Shown here one piece after another: positions 25,790 to 35,760 of a stretch of DNA of 64,000 bases. The first letter of the stretch is position 1; each line of letters opens with the position of its first letter. The notes beneath the pieces were generated by a model that searched no databases, was not told the DNA's origin, and worked only from the letters and a program-made list of their open reading frames with translations. Source of the stretch: an uncultured Gammaproteobacteria bacterium. GTDB taxonomy: Bacteria; Patescibacteriota; Microgenomatia; JALYQM01. Both the position numbers and the translations under genes were made by a program. The stretch is from contig CAZGHS010000005.1 of NCBI GenBank assembly GCA_964525495.1, positions 12,599 through 76,598 on the forward strand, read 5' to 3'.

Positions 25790-28390
25790 ATGAAAAAAAT
25801 ATTAGCTTCATTTGCTGTTATTCTCTTAATAGGGTTAGGGGTGTTTGCTTATACAAACACTAGAGCCGATGGAACATATGCATCCCTCGGTACAACTGAT
25901 GCTGGAGATGGAAGCAATGACGCTATCAACTTCTCCCAAGGACGTGTCTGGACAATTGACCAATATGGCAAATACATCTGGCTGACCCAAACTCGCGTTT
26001 CTACAACTACCCATTGGGCTTGGTCAAATGATAATGGAGCCAATTGGTCACAAAGCTCCGAAAGCTACACATTTTTAACGCGAGGATCCGTCGCCTATGA
26101 TTCAATCAACGATGTTTTACATGTCATTTGGGCTGCAACCGATACTAATGATGGAATTATTTATCGCCGCTACGGCATTACACGCGACGGGTCAAACAAT
26201 ATCACCGCCATCGCCCGCATCAATACCGGAGTCAATTTACAGTTAGACACCTCTTCCTCGCGCAACTTAGATCAACCAGTCGCACTCTGGGTCAATGATG
26301 GAACAACAGATGGTACACTCGTCGCAATCTGGCCTAAACACGGCTCAAGCATCAACGAGGTCAGAGCCTCGCGAAGACGACTATCAATGACAGACGCCGA
26401 TGGAGTAGCCGGTAACTGGTTATCACTTGACGGTACAGCCGATACCATCTCAACCGATCCTCCAGCAGTCGCAGCCGATCAAATATATTTTGATACTTCT
26501 GGAGCAGTTGCAGTCTCAGCCAGTGTTCGCGGAGGAACCGGATCACGTAAAGACAACCTCTATGTATTCGTGGCCGAAGAAGACGATAATAGCGGAGATC
26601 AGTTATTAGCGTACCGTGCAACTTGGAATTCAGGCAGTACCAACTGGAGTGGTGGTTGGGCACAAGTCGGAGTGATGGGGGCGATGGACACATCATCAGG
26701 CTATACACTCAAATACCAGCTTGTTACCAAGCCAGTCCTCGACACAACCAACGACAAACTCTATGTAGGATGGGCGCGTTGGAAAGATGGTACAAACGGA
26801 GATACGGTAAGCATGGCCTCGTTGAATAGTTCTGACGCGATCTCTTCAACGGTCGACATTTACTCAGCACTCGGCACCCATGCCTATGCACCTACCATAG
26901 ACCTCGCATACGATGACAAACAAGACTATATCTATGCCTCATACATCCAGTCTACAACTAACGGCGGCAACGGTCATATTGATTACAAAACATACGATGG
27001 AACAACACTCAGCTCTGCCACTAGATTTTACACCTCGCCAGGTGGCTCAGCTGGAGCTGACGGCGGCGCAGATATCCCTATTCTCTACCAAAATAGAAGT
27101 AACAACAGGCTACTATTTGGATTTCGTATCAACGGCGCTCTACCGCCAACCGGTGTGAATCCTCACTCCATCTATTGGGGGTATGTCACGCTTCCAACTC
27201 AACCAACTGTCCAGTTCACATCGACTTCCGCATCAGGATCAGAAGGTACGACTTCCGTAACTTTGCCAGTTTCGCTTTCCGGATCATTTTCTCGAGATGT
27301 CACTGTCAGTTATTCCGTAACAGGTGGTACTGCAACCGGTTCGGGGAGTGACTATACGCTTTCATCTGGAACTGCCACAATAACAGCTGGCAGCACCTCA
27401 ACGACAATTCCCGTTACTGTGGTAAACGATTCAACTGACGAATCAGACGAAACCGTTATCGTAACACTTTCTAGTCCAACATTCTCTACACTGGGATCGA
27501 ATACTGCCTATACGTACACTATTACCGACAACGATGACGCTGCAACTACTTCTTCAGGTTCATCTTCTAGTAACAATAATACAGCAAGTTCAAATGAGCC
27601 ACCAGTTTGTGCAGACAGAAAACCTGATCAGACTCCAAGATTGTATGCTTCATCAAGTGAAGGAAAGTCATCAATAAAAATCTATTTTGCTGACGATTCT
27701 CAAAACGTCAATAAATACGCAATTGAATACGGCACACAGTCAGGTAAATATACATACAGCGCAGATAATATAGGCGGAAAAGGAGCACGAACTTATACAA
27801 TTCAATCGCTCACAGAAAACACGATCTATTATGTCAGGATTCGCAATGGCAACGGTTGTGCAACAGGTTCGTGGTCATCAGAAATATCCTCGAAAACTGA
27901 GGGAACAGATAATACTATTGCAATAACAAATATCACACAGCCACAAGAAAGCACACAAAAACCCTCACCTAACCCCTCAGCATCTCCAACCAATGCTTGG
28001 ACAAGTAGGCCATCGCCCACACCATCAGCGCAAGTTGCTGGATACACAGTAAAAATTAAAGTAAATGATGACGATAAAAAGCCGGTGGAGAACGCTAAGG
28101 TAACGCTCCATTCAACTCCACGGACTGCATTTACAAACAAAGAAGGTATTGCTGAATTCAAAGATGTTGAAAGAGGTAATCACAAAGTTGAAATTGCGTA
28201 TGATGGATATCAAGGGCAGCAACAGTTAACGTTAGAAGGAGAAGTCAAAGAATTTAATATTAGTGTCGAGATTAAAAAAACTGACAGTAGTATCTCAAAC
28301 TACGTATATGCTGCACTTGCAGGTGTAATCATTTTATTAATTTTAGTAATAGTAGTGATGAAATCACGTAATAAGAATAATCGTACTTGA
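25790..28390 (+). CDS. Cell-surface protein: BNR/Asp-box domain (paralog of the preceding gene) + Calx-beta + fibronectin type III + CarboxypepD_reg-like domain + C-terminal TM anchor with a basic tail
   Basis: Signal peptide. About 430 aa are paralogous to gene 21599 (SVAYDSINDVLHVIW compared with SIAYDSINDTLQVV; Asp-box SNDNGANW; YKTYDGTT compared with YKSYDGSN). Calx-beta pattern (SGSEGTTSVTLPVSLSG...VTVSYSVTGGTATGSGSDYTLSSGTATI.AGSTS.TIPVTVVND...DETVIVTLSSP). FN3-like segment. C-terminus YVYAALAGVIILLILVIVVMKSRNKNNRT. Confidence 0.8.
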   Translation: MKKILASFAVILLIGLGVFAYTNTRADGTYASLGTTDAGDGSNDAINFSQGRVWTIDQYGKYIWLTQTRVSTTTHWAWSNDNGANWSQSSESYTFLTRGSVAYDSINDVLHVIWAATDTNDGIIYRRYGITRDGSNNITAIARINTGVNLQLDTSSSRNLDQPVALWVNDGTTDGTLVAIWPKHGSSINEVRASRRRLSMTDADGVAGNWLSLDGTADTISTDPPAVAADQIYFDTSGAVAVSASVRGGTGSRKDNLYVFVAEEDDNSGDQLLAYRATWNSGSTNWSGGWAQVGVMGAMDTSSGYTLKYQLVTKPVLDTTNDKLYVGWARWKDGTNGDTVSMASLNSSDAISSTVDIYSALGTHAYAPTIDLAYDDKQDYIYASYIQSTTNGGNGHIDYKTYDGTTLSSATRFYTSPGGSAGADGGADIPILYQNRSNNRLLFGFRINGALPPTGVNPHSIYWGYVTLPTQPTVQFTSTSASGSEGTTSVTLPVSLSGSFSRDVTVSYSVTGGTATGSGSDYTLSSGTATITAGSTSTTIPVTVVNDSTDESDETVIVTLSSPTFSTLGSNTAYTYTITDNDDAATTSSGSSSSNNNTASSNEPPVCADRKPDQTPRLYASSSEGKSSIKIYFADDSQNVNKYAIEYGTQSGKYTYSADNIGGKGARTYTIQSLTENTIYYVRIRNGNGCATGSWSSEISSKTEGTDNTIAITNITQPQESTQKPSPNPSASPTNAWTSRPSPTPSAQVAGYTVKIKVNDDDKKPVENAKVTLHSTPRTAFTNKEGIAEFKDVERGNHKVEIAYDGYQGQQQLTLEGEVKEFNISVEIKKTDSSISNYVYAALAGVIILLILVIVVMKSRNKNNRT

Positions 28391-28424
28391 AATTTAATTA
28401 AAGATAAGAGAGAATAAACAAGTT

Positions 28425-28829
28425 ATGGAAAAAAAACCAAGTAAAAAACTAATTATTTCAGTTGTAGTCGTTATTGTTCTAGGACTTTGGGTCGCTGGAT
28501 CAATAGCATTAGGTTTGGAGTATTGGAATCTCAAACAAAAAACAGAAAAGAATGATGCAAAAGCTGTAGTAGAAAAACTTAAAGTTCTTATGACTGTTCC
28601 AGCAGAAGAGCCTCTCGTTGCTACTATTACTGATGCAATTAAGCTTAAGCAATCAGAACCGTTTTATAAAAATGCACAAAATGGAGATAAGGTGGTTATC
28701 TGGAAAGATAAAGCTGTTATCTATCGCATGGATCAAAACAAGATCGTAGATTTTGGTGTTGTAATTCGGACCCAGCAGCCAGGTGTAGCTGGTGTAGCGA
28801 CCCCGTCAGGTGAACAAGAAAATAGATAA
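28425..28829 (+). CDS. Small N-terminally membrane-anchored hypothetical protein (134 aa)
   Basis: ORF with an N-terminal TM helix (LIISVVVVIVLGLWVAGSIALGL) followed by a soluble domain. No recognisable family. Confidence 0.45.
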   Translation: MEKKPSKKLIISVVVVIVLGLWVAGSIALGLEYWNLKQKTEKNDAKAVVEKLKVLMTVPAEEPLVATITDAIKLKQSEPFYKNAQNGDKVVIWKDKAVIYRMDQNKIVDFGVVIRTQQPGVAGVATPSGEQENR

Positions 28830-28866
28830 TTCAAAATAAGCTACAAAAGATATAAAATACCCTTAA

Positions 28867-30493
28867 ATGAAGAAATATCTCATTGTCATACTCTTTCTTG
28901 CAGCTATATTTCGCATCCCATTTCTAGATACTCACATGCCAGCCTTATATGGTGACGAGATATCAATCGGATATAATGCTTATTCAATCTTAACAACAGG
29001 CAAAGATGAGTTTGGGAAATTTCTTCCAATACAGTTTGAATCATGGGGCGACCAAAAAAATCCGGTCTACATCTATATTGTTTCTCTTTTCCAGATTGTG
29101 TTTAAGCTATTGGAGTGTGCGATTACCTTCAGCTCTTGCCGGCATTGGCGCGGTATATCTTACGTATCTATTATCCAAAACATTACTAAGTCTTAAATCA
29201 GATAAAGATAAAAACGTCGAAGTAACATCACTTATAGCAGCACTATTACTCGCCTGTAGCCCATGGCACATACATATTAGTAGGGGAGGGTATGAGGCAA
29301 ACCTCGCGCTCGCTTTAGGATTACTTGGAATAATATATCTTATAAATTTTATTGCTAACCCCTCTTCTAAAGCTTTTTATATAAGTTTGGGAGCATTCAC
29401 TCTTAGCATGTACACCTACTACACCACCAAAATGTTTATTCCTTTACTTATTATAGTTCTATTACTTTGGGGATGGGTGTATCTACAAAAATCAAAAACA
29501 TATGTCGTTCATTCACTAAAATATCTCGCGTTATTTTTTATAGTATGTCTTCCTATTGGGTATCTCGGTTTATTCGACAAGGGACAAGCACGGTTCCAGA
29601 CGATAAACATTTTTGCAAATCCTCAAGTACAGGAACGCGTTATCGCAGCACGAGCAAAATATCCCGCAGATTCATTCACTGTGTCATTACTTGAGAACAA
29701 ATACACATACTATGTAAGAGACTTCTTGGAGTATTATTTTGATAATCTTTCAGGACAATTCTGGTATGTATCGGGCGACAGCTCGCTACGATACACAGTA
29801 GGTAATCACGGAATGTTTTATCTTATCGAAGTCCCATTTCTTCTGATAGGTATTATCCTCATGTTCAAAAACAATAAAAAGGTCGCAGTACTACTTTTAG
29901 CCTGGCTATTGCTCGCACCACTACCTACGTCGCTTGTAGGAAAAGCCTATGGCCTGCGCTCCTTAGCAATGCTTCCTATACCGATGATTTTTGTAGCATA
30001 TGGTCTCGCGAATTCGCTCAACGCAGTCAGAAAATACAAATATCCTGCTATTGTGTCGGTTGCTGTTATCTACTGCATCTCAGTCATAAACTGGTCAGCA
30101 CGATACATAGTGCTTTATCCAACGTATGGACAATACTGGTATGACAGTATGCAGAAGGAAATGATTGATTATGCAAAAGCAAACGAAGACGACTATGATA
30201 ACATCATTCTAACGCGATTCTATGGTAAAACAGAAATGTATTATGCGTTCTATGAAAAAGTGGAGCCACAACAATACCAAGAGCTAAGTCAGAAAAAAAC
30301 CGAAATAGCAAATACACCTATGGTAAAATTTGGTAAATACTATTTCGGAGACATCGCAACAGCAGGTAAAGATTTTTCGCAATTACAACTCCCCCCACGC
30401 ACACTTGTAGTAGCTTCTCCGCAATTTGCATTTGGAACAGAAACGATCAACGCCAAAGACGATAAACGAATTCTATTCAAAGTAGTAAAATAG
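28867..30493 (+). pseudogene. GT39/PMT_2 (ArnT/PMT-like) GT-C glycosyltransferase paralog interrupted by a frameshift near 29105-29115 (two ORFs, 28867-29196 and 29006-30493, in different frames)
   Basis: The first ORF matches paralog N-termini (YGDEISIGYNAYSI...KNPVYIYIVSLFQIVFKLL) and the second continues the alignment (WSVRLPSALAGIGAVYLTYLLSK compared with WTTRFPSAFFGTLSIIVTYYL in the 30501 paralog). A 1-nt indel is required to join them. This could be true gene decay or a sequencing or assembly error. Confidence 0.6.
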
Positions 30494-30500
30494 ACAGATT

Positions 30501-32249
30501 ATGAAAGAAAAAATCCTCCTCAGTCTCATCATCCTCGCTGCAATAGTTATTCGTTTTTATAATCTTGGCCAAAATCCTCCCTCACTTTACTGGGATGAAA
30601 TAGCCTTGGGCTACAATGCCTATTCGATTGCCGAAACTGCAAAAGACGAGGAAGGTGCCTTCCTGCCTGTTCAATATTTTAGGTCATTTGGAGATTTTAA
30701 ACCGCCTGTATATATATATGCAGCCGTCCCGATGATCAAGCTATTGGGCTTAAATGAGTGGACCACTCGATTTCCTTCTGCTTTCTTCGGAACGCTTTCT
30801 ATAATAGTAACGTATTACCTAACAAGAAAAATCCTCATACGACAGACAAAATCAAATAAAGAAAACGAATTTTTAACTCAAAAAAGAATAAATTATATCG
30901 CTCTCATAGCAGCACTACTCCTAGCCCTATCGCCGTGGCATACACAAATATCACGAGTCGCGTATGAGGCAAATGTTGCGCATTTCCTAGCTTTAGTCGG
31001 AATATGGTTTTTCTTCATCGGCTTAGATAAACATAAATGGAAGCTAGGGTTCTTTCTCGGTTCTGGAATCAGTTTTACGCTCGCTATGTACACATTTAAC
31101 TCAAGTAGGGTATTTATACCGCTTTTGGTAGCGTCACTCCTATTTATATATATTAAGGAATTAGTGTCAAAAGAACAGCGCAATCTGAAGCCGTTCATTA
31201 TAGCGGCAATTATTTCTTTAGTATTAACCTTACCAGCACTACAACACATGCTGTCATCACAGGGTCAGTTGAGATATAAGGAAGTAAATATTTTTTCTAA
31301 CCAGGAGGTAGTCAAGCTCTCAAATCAACGCATTGAGCAAGCAGGTCACGCCTGGTGGGCAAACATTTTTAATAACAGACGAGTATTATTCGCTCAGGAC
31401 TGGCTCGACGGCTATTTTAGGCATTTTTCCGCGAAATTCCTACTTATATCTGGAGACGTAAACCCACGTTTTTCAATACAAGACATCGGTCAGCTCTACT
31501 TAGTAGAAATACCATTCCTTCTTATTGGTTTATATGTGATGCTCTCGCGACCAAATAAAAACTATGCATTTATCTTAGTTTGGTTACTGATGGCCCCTAT
31601 ACCTGCAGCATTTGCGCGCGAAGTACCTCACGCGCTACGAACATTAAATATACTTCCTACATTCCAAATTATAACTGCACTAGGATTTCTCTATACGATA
31701 TATGCGCTGCAACAGCGTGCAGGTAAATTCAATAGATATGCTGCACAAGGGATTATCGCAGGAAGCACGATATTGCTTATCGGACAACTATACTATTATC
31801 AGCACAATTATTACGACCACTACCCTAAATACTCTGAAACCGAATGGCAATATGGCTACAAACAAATGATGCAGGAGCTTTCTAAAATTGATCAAAATTA
31901 CGATCGCGTAGTTATCACCGATGGTCTAGGTCGCCCCTATATAAATGTACTCTTCTATAAACAATATTCACCTGCACTGTTCCAAGTCGAGCGAAAAGCA
32001 GAAACTGATCAAACAGGGTTTGGATTTATTAATGTATATGCTTTTAATAAATACCAATTTAGAGGAATAAATTGGAAAAAAGAGATAGCAGATCAGAAAA
32101 CAGAGGAAAAAGTATTAGTAGTAGGCACTCCGCAAGAAATTGAGGAAAACAAATTCACAAAGGCAACAGTAAAAAACCTCAAAGGACAAACTGTATTCAT
32201 ACTGAATGAAATACCCAAAGGACAGGATGCCTTACTTGAACTCAAATAA
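30501..32249 (+). CDS. GT-C fold glycosyltransferase, family 39/PMT_2 (ArnT/protein O-mannosyltransferase-like), polytopic membrane protein
   Basis: N-terminal TM segment then the conserved first-loop DE motif (LYWDEIALGYNAYSI). Many TM helices, 582 aa. Paralog of the genes at 28867, 32259, 39460 and 42867. Confidence 0.8.
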   Translation: MKEKILLSLIILAAIVIRFYNLGQNPPSLYWDEIALGYNAYSIAETAKDEEGAFLPVQYFRSFGDFKPPVYIYAAVPMIKLLGLNEWTTRFPSAFFGTLSIIVTYYLTRKILIRQTKSNKENEFLTQKRINYIALIAALLLALSPWHTQISRVAYEANVAHFLALVGIWFFFIGLDKHKWKLGFFLGSGISFTLAMYTFNSSRVFIPLLVASLLFIYIKELVSKEQRNLKPFIIAAIISLVLTLPALQHMLSSQGQLRYKEVNIFSNQEVVKLSNQRIEQAGHAWWANIFNNRRVLFAQDWLDGYFRHFSAKFLLISGDVNPRFSIQDIGQLYLVEIPFLLIGLYVMLSRPNKNYAFILVWLLMAPIPAAFAREVPHALRTLNILPTFQIITALGFLYTIYALQQRAGKFNRYAAQGIIAGSTILLIGQLYYYQHNYYDHYPKYSETEWQYGYKQMMQELSKIDQNYDRVVITDGLGRPYINVLFYKQYSPALFQVERKAETDQTGFGFINVYAFNKYQFRGINWKKEIADQKTEEKVLVVGTPQEIEENKFTKATVKNLKGQTVFILNEIPKGQDALLELK

Positions 32250-32258
32250 AGGATTTCT

Positions 32259-33995
32259 GTGCGACTAAAACTTCTTATAGCAATCATCTTCTTAGCTGCT
32301 GTACTCAGATTTTCGGGACTAGGATCAAATCCTCCAAGTCTGAACTGGGACGAAATTGCCATTGGCTGGAATGCCTATTCAATTCTACAAACAGGAAAAG
32401 ACGAGTTTGGACAGTATCTGCCATCTACATTTCGCTCGTTTGACGACTATAAATCTCCTGCATACATCTATGCAACAACTATTTCTATTGCACTATTCGG
32501 CAAAACAGAGTTCGCAGTCCGCTTCATGTCGGCATTAGCGGGAACAGCAACTGTGCCGCTGATGTATTACTTTGTAAAAACGTTACTTGTACAGAAAAAA
32601 GATGATACACCCAAAGACCAATACTGGATAAATAGAATAGATAATATGGCACTTTTTTCAGCAGGAATGTTAGCAATAACGCCATGGCATATTCACTTTT
32701 CTCGAGTCGCATTTGAGTCAAACTTTGCATTGTTTTGGGAAGTGCTCGGGGCGTGGCTCTTCCTGTTATCGTTACATAAATTCAAACAAAGCACGGTACT
32801 ACTTTTTGCTTCAGTCATAGCCTTCGGTATAGCACTTTACTCATATGCAAATGCACGGCTCTTCATAGTTCTTTTATTAATGGGATGGGGGATCTATTTC
32901 TTCAGAAAGCTTCTGAGCATGAAGAAAGGTTTAATTTTTGCAATAATCTTTGGTCTAATAATAGCGGTGCCTTTGATAAATCAGATGACGCAGGGAGTCG
33001 GTCTAGCACGATTCCAGGCGACGTCGATAGTTAATCGCCCAGAAGTATTCGCACGCAATAAAGAGCAGGCAGTAGAAGATTATCACGATGGGCAAGGCAC
33101 ATTAAGTGTCGTAGTACACAATGTGCGCCTTCCTTTAGTTCGGCAAGTTATTCAAAACTATTTAGACCATTACCAGTATTCATTTTTAGTCGTCAAAAGT
33201 GATTTACCCCGACATCAAGTTCCAGGCTTTGGATTACTCTATCCTTGGCAACTACCCCTCATTATTATCGGTACTGTATTTTTAATAAGCAGAAGAAAAC
33301 ACATCAATGCATTCCTACCACTCTGGTGGCTTCTGATTGCTCCCATACCGGCTGCAATCACCTGGCAAGTACCGCACTCAATTCGTTCACAACTCATGCT
33401 CCCTATACTCAGTATACTTTCTGCTATTGGACTATGGGCACTTTTAAAATATTTCCAACAGCTTGATTTGATTTCATATACACGATCACAAAAAAATAGA
33501 CTCATGTATACAGCGCATTGGGTGGGACCAAAAGTAGCATTTCTAGGGATTCTGGGTATAATTGGGCTATCTACGCTCCACTTTTCGCTCAACTATCAGC
33601 TCTATCTCCCTAAAGAATTCGCCAAGCAATGGTTGTATGGCCGTAAAGAAATGGTCGAAATAGTTGAGGCGGAAAAAGATAAATATGACACAATTATTGT
33701 AGATCTTTCAGTCGATTGGGCATATCTCTGGTTTTTGTGGTACGGAAACTACACGCCAGAGTGGTATTTAGCACAAGGAGGCACAGTCAGTGGTGGTTTC
33801 GAAGAAACTCAGAATAAGATAGGCAAGATTCAATTTAAACCATTCAATTTTGACCCTACATACTTTGGTTCGCAAAACATGCCGCCCAATTCGCTCTTTA
33901 TCGCCTTACCTGAGAGATTCCCTGGGAAACTCATACCATATAAAATGGTAAGAGATCCGGCGGGGAAACCAGCCATATATATTGTAAAAAGTTGA
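32259..33995 (+). CDS. GT-C fold glycosyltransferase, family 39/PMT_2-like (paralog)
   Basis: LNWDEIAIGWNAYSI loop motif; same architecture as 30501; 578 aa. Start codon is apparently GTG. Confidence 0.8.
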   Translation: MRLKLLIAIIFLAAVLRFSGLGSNPPSLNWDEIAIGWNAYSILQTGKDEFGQYLPSTFRSFDDYKSPAYIYATTISIALFGKTEFAVRFMSALAGTATVPLMYYFVKTLLVQKKDDTPKDQYWINRIDNMALFSAGMLAITPWHIHFSRVAFESNFALFWEVLGAWLFLLSLHKFKQSTVLLFASVIAFGIALYSYANARLFIVLLLMGWGIYFFRKLLSMKKGLIFAIIFGLIIAVPLINQMTQGVGLARFQATSIVNRPEVFARNKEQAVEDYHDGQGTLSVVVHNVRLPLVRQVIQNYLDHYQYSFLVVKSDLPRHQVPGFGLLYPWQLPLIIIGTVFLISRRKHINAFLPLWWLLIAPIPAAITWQVPHSIRSQLMLPILSILSAIGLWALLKYFQQLDLISYTRSQKNRLMYTAHWVGPKVAFLGILGIIGLSTLHFSLNYQLYLPKEFAKQWLYGRKEMVEIVEAEKDKYDTIIVDLSVDWAYLWFLWYGNYTPEWYLAQGGTVSGGFEETQNKIGKIQFKPFNFDPTYFGSQNMPPNSLFIALPERFPGKLIPYKMVRDPAGKPAIYIVKS

Positions 33996-34018
33996 GTAAA
34001 ACGGTATCCTATCGATAT

Positions 34019-34585
34019 ATGAAAAATGCAAAAATAGGTGTATTAGTACTTTTAATTGCGATAGCATTCACATCGTGTAGCTCAAAGCAACCAACAGAGT
34101 CGATCAGTCAAAGCGCAAATACTGTTGCATCCGCAGCTCCTCAAATTGATCCACAAGTACTCAAAGATACGTCAAAATGGAAGAAAGTTTCAAGCGATTC
34201 TCGATTTTTCAAATTTAACTTAATGGTTCCTGAAGGTGCAAAATATCAGTTCTCACCAGATACCGTCATGGGAACAGAAAACGGCGTATTTATCGCAGAA
34301 GATAGATTTCCGAACGGCTTAACTATTGAATACAATGCATTAAACGACCGAGATGCCCGGACTGTCACATTCAAATCTGACTATGTTAAGGGTAAACCAT
34401 CAGATATTGATTTTGGATTACCGAACGCAATAGTCGCGGAAGGAACGAATACTCGGGGACTCGCATATACACGTTACTTAGTTCGTAAAGATGACAATCT
34501 GTATATTCTATCAATCCAGACCAAGAACCCAGCGTATACCGAGGTATATAAAAACATAATCAAGAGCTTCAAAATCGAGAAATAA
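34019..34585 (+). CDS. Putative lipoprotein (hypothetical)
   Basis: MKNAKIGVLVLLIAIAFTSC signal with a lipobox-like FTSC. The ORF track starts at an upstream TTG (33992) overlapping the previous gene. No recognisable family. Confidence 0.5.
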   Translation: MKNAKIGVLVLLIAIAFTSCSSKQPTESISQSANTVASAAPQIDPQVLKDTSKWKKVSSDSRFFKFNLMVPEGAKYQFSPDTVMGTENGVFIAEDRFPNGLTIEYNALNDRDARTVTFKSDYVKGKPSDIDFGLPNAIVAEGTNTRGLAYTRYLVRKDDNLYILSIQTKNPAYTEVYKNIIKSFKIEK

Positions 34586-34592
34586 AATCTAA

Positions 34593-35265
34593 ATGAATCA
34601 CTTTCGATTCAATTCTTATCTGCCTACATTAAGTAGCATTTCAGATGTTATAAAGCAGATGGAGTTACTCCAAGCAGAGCTTGAATCAAGCGATCTACGA
34701 AACCTACGTTTTTTTAATCGAACCTATCTGTTGATCACCCTAGCCGTACAAAACAAACTTGGTGCTCACTTTCTCGACAATGATCAACGCATGGTCAATT
34801 TTGACATCGCCTTTGCCAAATACTATTTTGATGCGCTAAGAGAATATTGCCTAAATAAGCAAATCGCACCTGCTTGGCAACAGTGTTTCGAAAGCGCGCG
34901 CTCCAAAAAACTACCTCATACTATATATGGCGCTCGGAGTCAACGCACACGTCAATAACGACCTGCCACTCGTACTCCAAGGCTGTCAATTAGGAAATGA
35001 ATACAAATCAGATTTTAAAAAAATAAATACAGTAATCGCGCAACAATTACACGACGTTTTTAATTCATTGCATGAAACAGATCTACTATTCCGACTCCTC
35101 ATACAGCTTCAAATAATATTTTTTCCACTACTTAGCGCGACTATCGGGAATTGGAGAGCTGCTGCTTGGAACAACTACGAAAAATTGTTAGCAGGAGAAA
35201 CTAACAAAAATAAAATTGAACACGAAGCATGGTTAGGTAGCCAATTCCTTCTCAAATTGTCGTAA
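34593..35265 (+). pseudogene. Conserved hypothetical gene split into two ORFs (34593-34958 and 34927-35265) by a +1 frameshift at an A6 homopolymer (34903-34908)
   Basis: Removing one A from the run joins the frames to give ...SKNYLILYMALGVNAHVNNDLPLVL..., a continuous plausible sequence containing a conserved-looking LG[VM]NAH[IV]N.DLP motif. The ORFs are co-directional and overlapping. Confidence 0.5.
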
Positions 35266-35754
35266 TTGATCAATCTGTGTTGTAGTAGGCCGAATAAACG
35301 TACGAACTTTTTTAACAAATTCGTACGCATCCTGAAATGTCATACCAGTAAACATTAAATAAGCGATTACCATTGAAGGACCTCGGCCTTCACCCCAGTG
35401 GCAATGAACGTACACACTCCCGCCTTTTTTTATCTCCTCATCCATAAACTGTACTCCCTTCCTTAAATTCTCAAGCGTTGGCGCATGAAAGTCAGGGGTA
35501 GGTAAGTGCAATATACGAAAATCTTGTTGAGCAGTCGGATTATGAATCGCGCTCATACGCATGTTCACAATGGCTGTAATACCAAGCTTTTTAAGTGAAG
35601 ATATACGCCTCAAGCTATACTGACCACCCAAAAACAGATTTTTAGTCAACATACTTCGTTTCACTTGCGGCATCCCTCGTACATGCAGCCAAAGGTGATC
35701 GATAGCCCGTTGTATTTCTACTCGTAATTTAGCAAAGTAGTTAAATATACTCAT
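35233..35754 (-). CDS. Dual-specificity/tyrosine-type protein phosphatase (CX5R active site)
   Basis: VHCHWGEGRGPS matches the HCxxGxxR(S/T) P-loop. 173 aa. Confidence 0.7.
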   Translation of the reverse strand: MSIFNYFAKLRVEIQRAIDHLWLHVRGMPQVKRSMLTKNLFLGGQYSLRRISSLKKLGITAIVNMRMSAIHNPTAQQDFRILHLPTPDFHAPTLENLRKGVQFMDEEIKKGGSVYVHCHWGEGRGPSMVIAYLMFTGMTFQDAYEFVKKVRTFIRPTTTQIDQLRQFEKELAT

Positions 35755-35760
35755 ACAAGA

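Noticed and set aside
13319-27158. Short antisense or alternate-frame ORFs inside the LamG, PKD and BNR protein genes (for example 15435-15800 on the minus strand, 20231-21088 on the minus strand, 22150-22377 on the minus strand, 23640-23867 on the plus strand)
   Set aside because: These are embedded in much longer ORFs with strong domain evidence. Several are mirror images of the Thr-Pro linkers (for example the GVAVG repeats from 20231-21088). There is no independent support for them.
29467-29694. Internal alternate-frame ORFs within the GT39 and other membrane genes (29467-29694, 30893-31249 on the minus strand, 33239-33592 on the minus strand, 42194-42412 on the minus strand, 43886-44155)
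   Set aside because: They are fully nested in longer ORFs that have conserved family motifs, and have no supporting signals.
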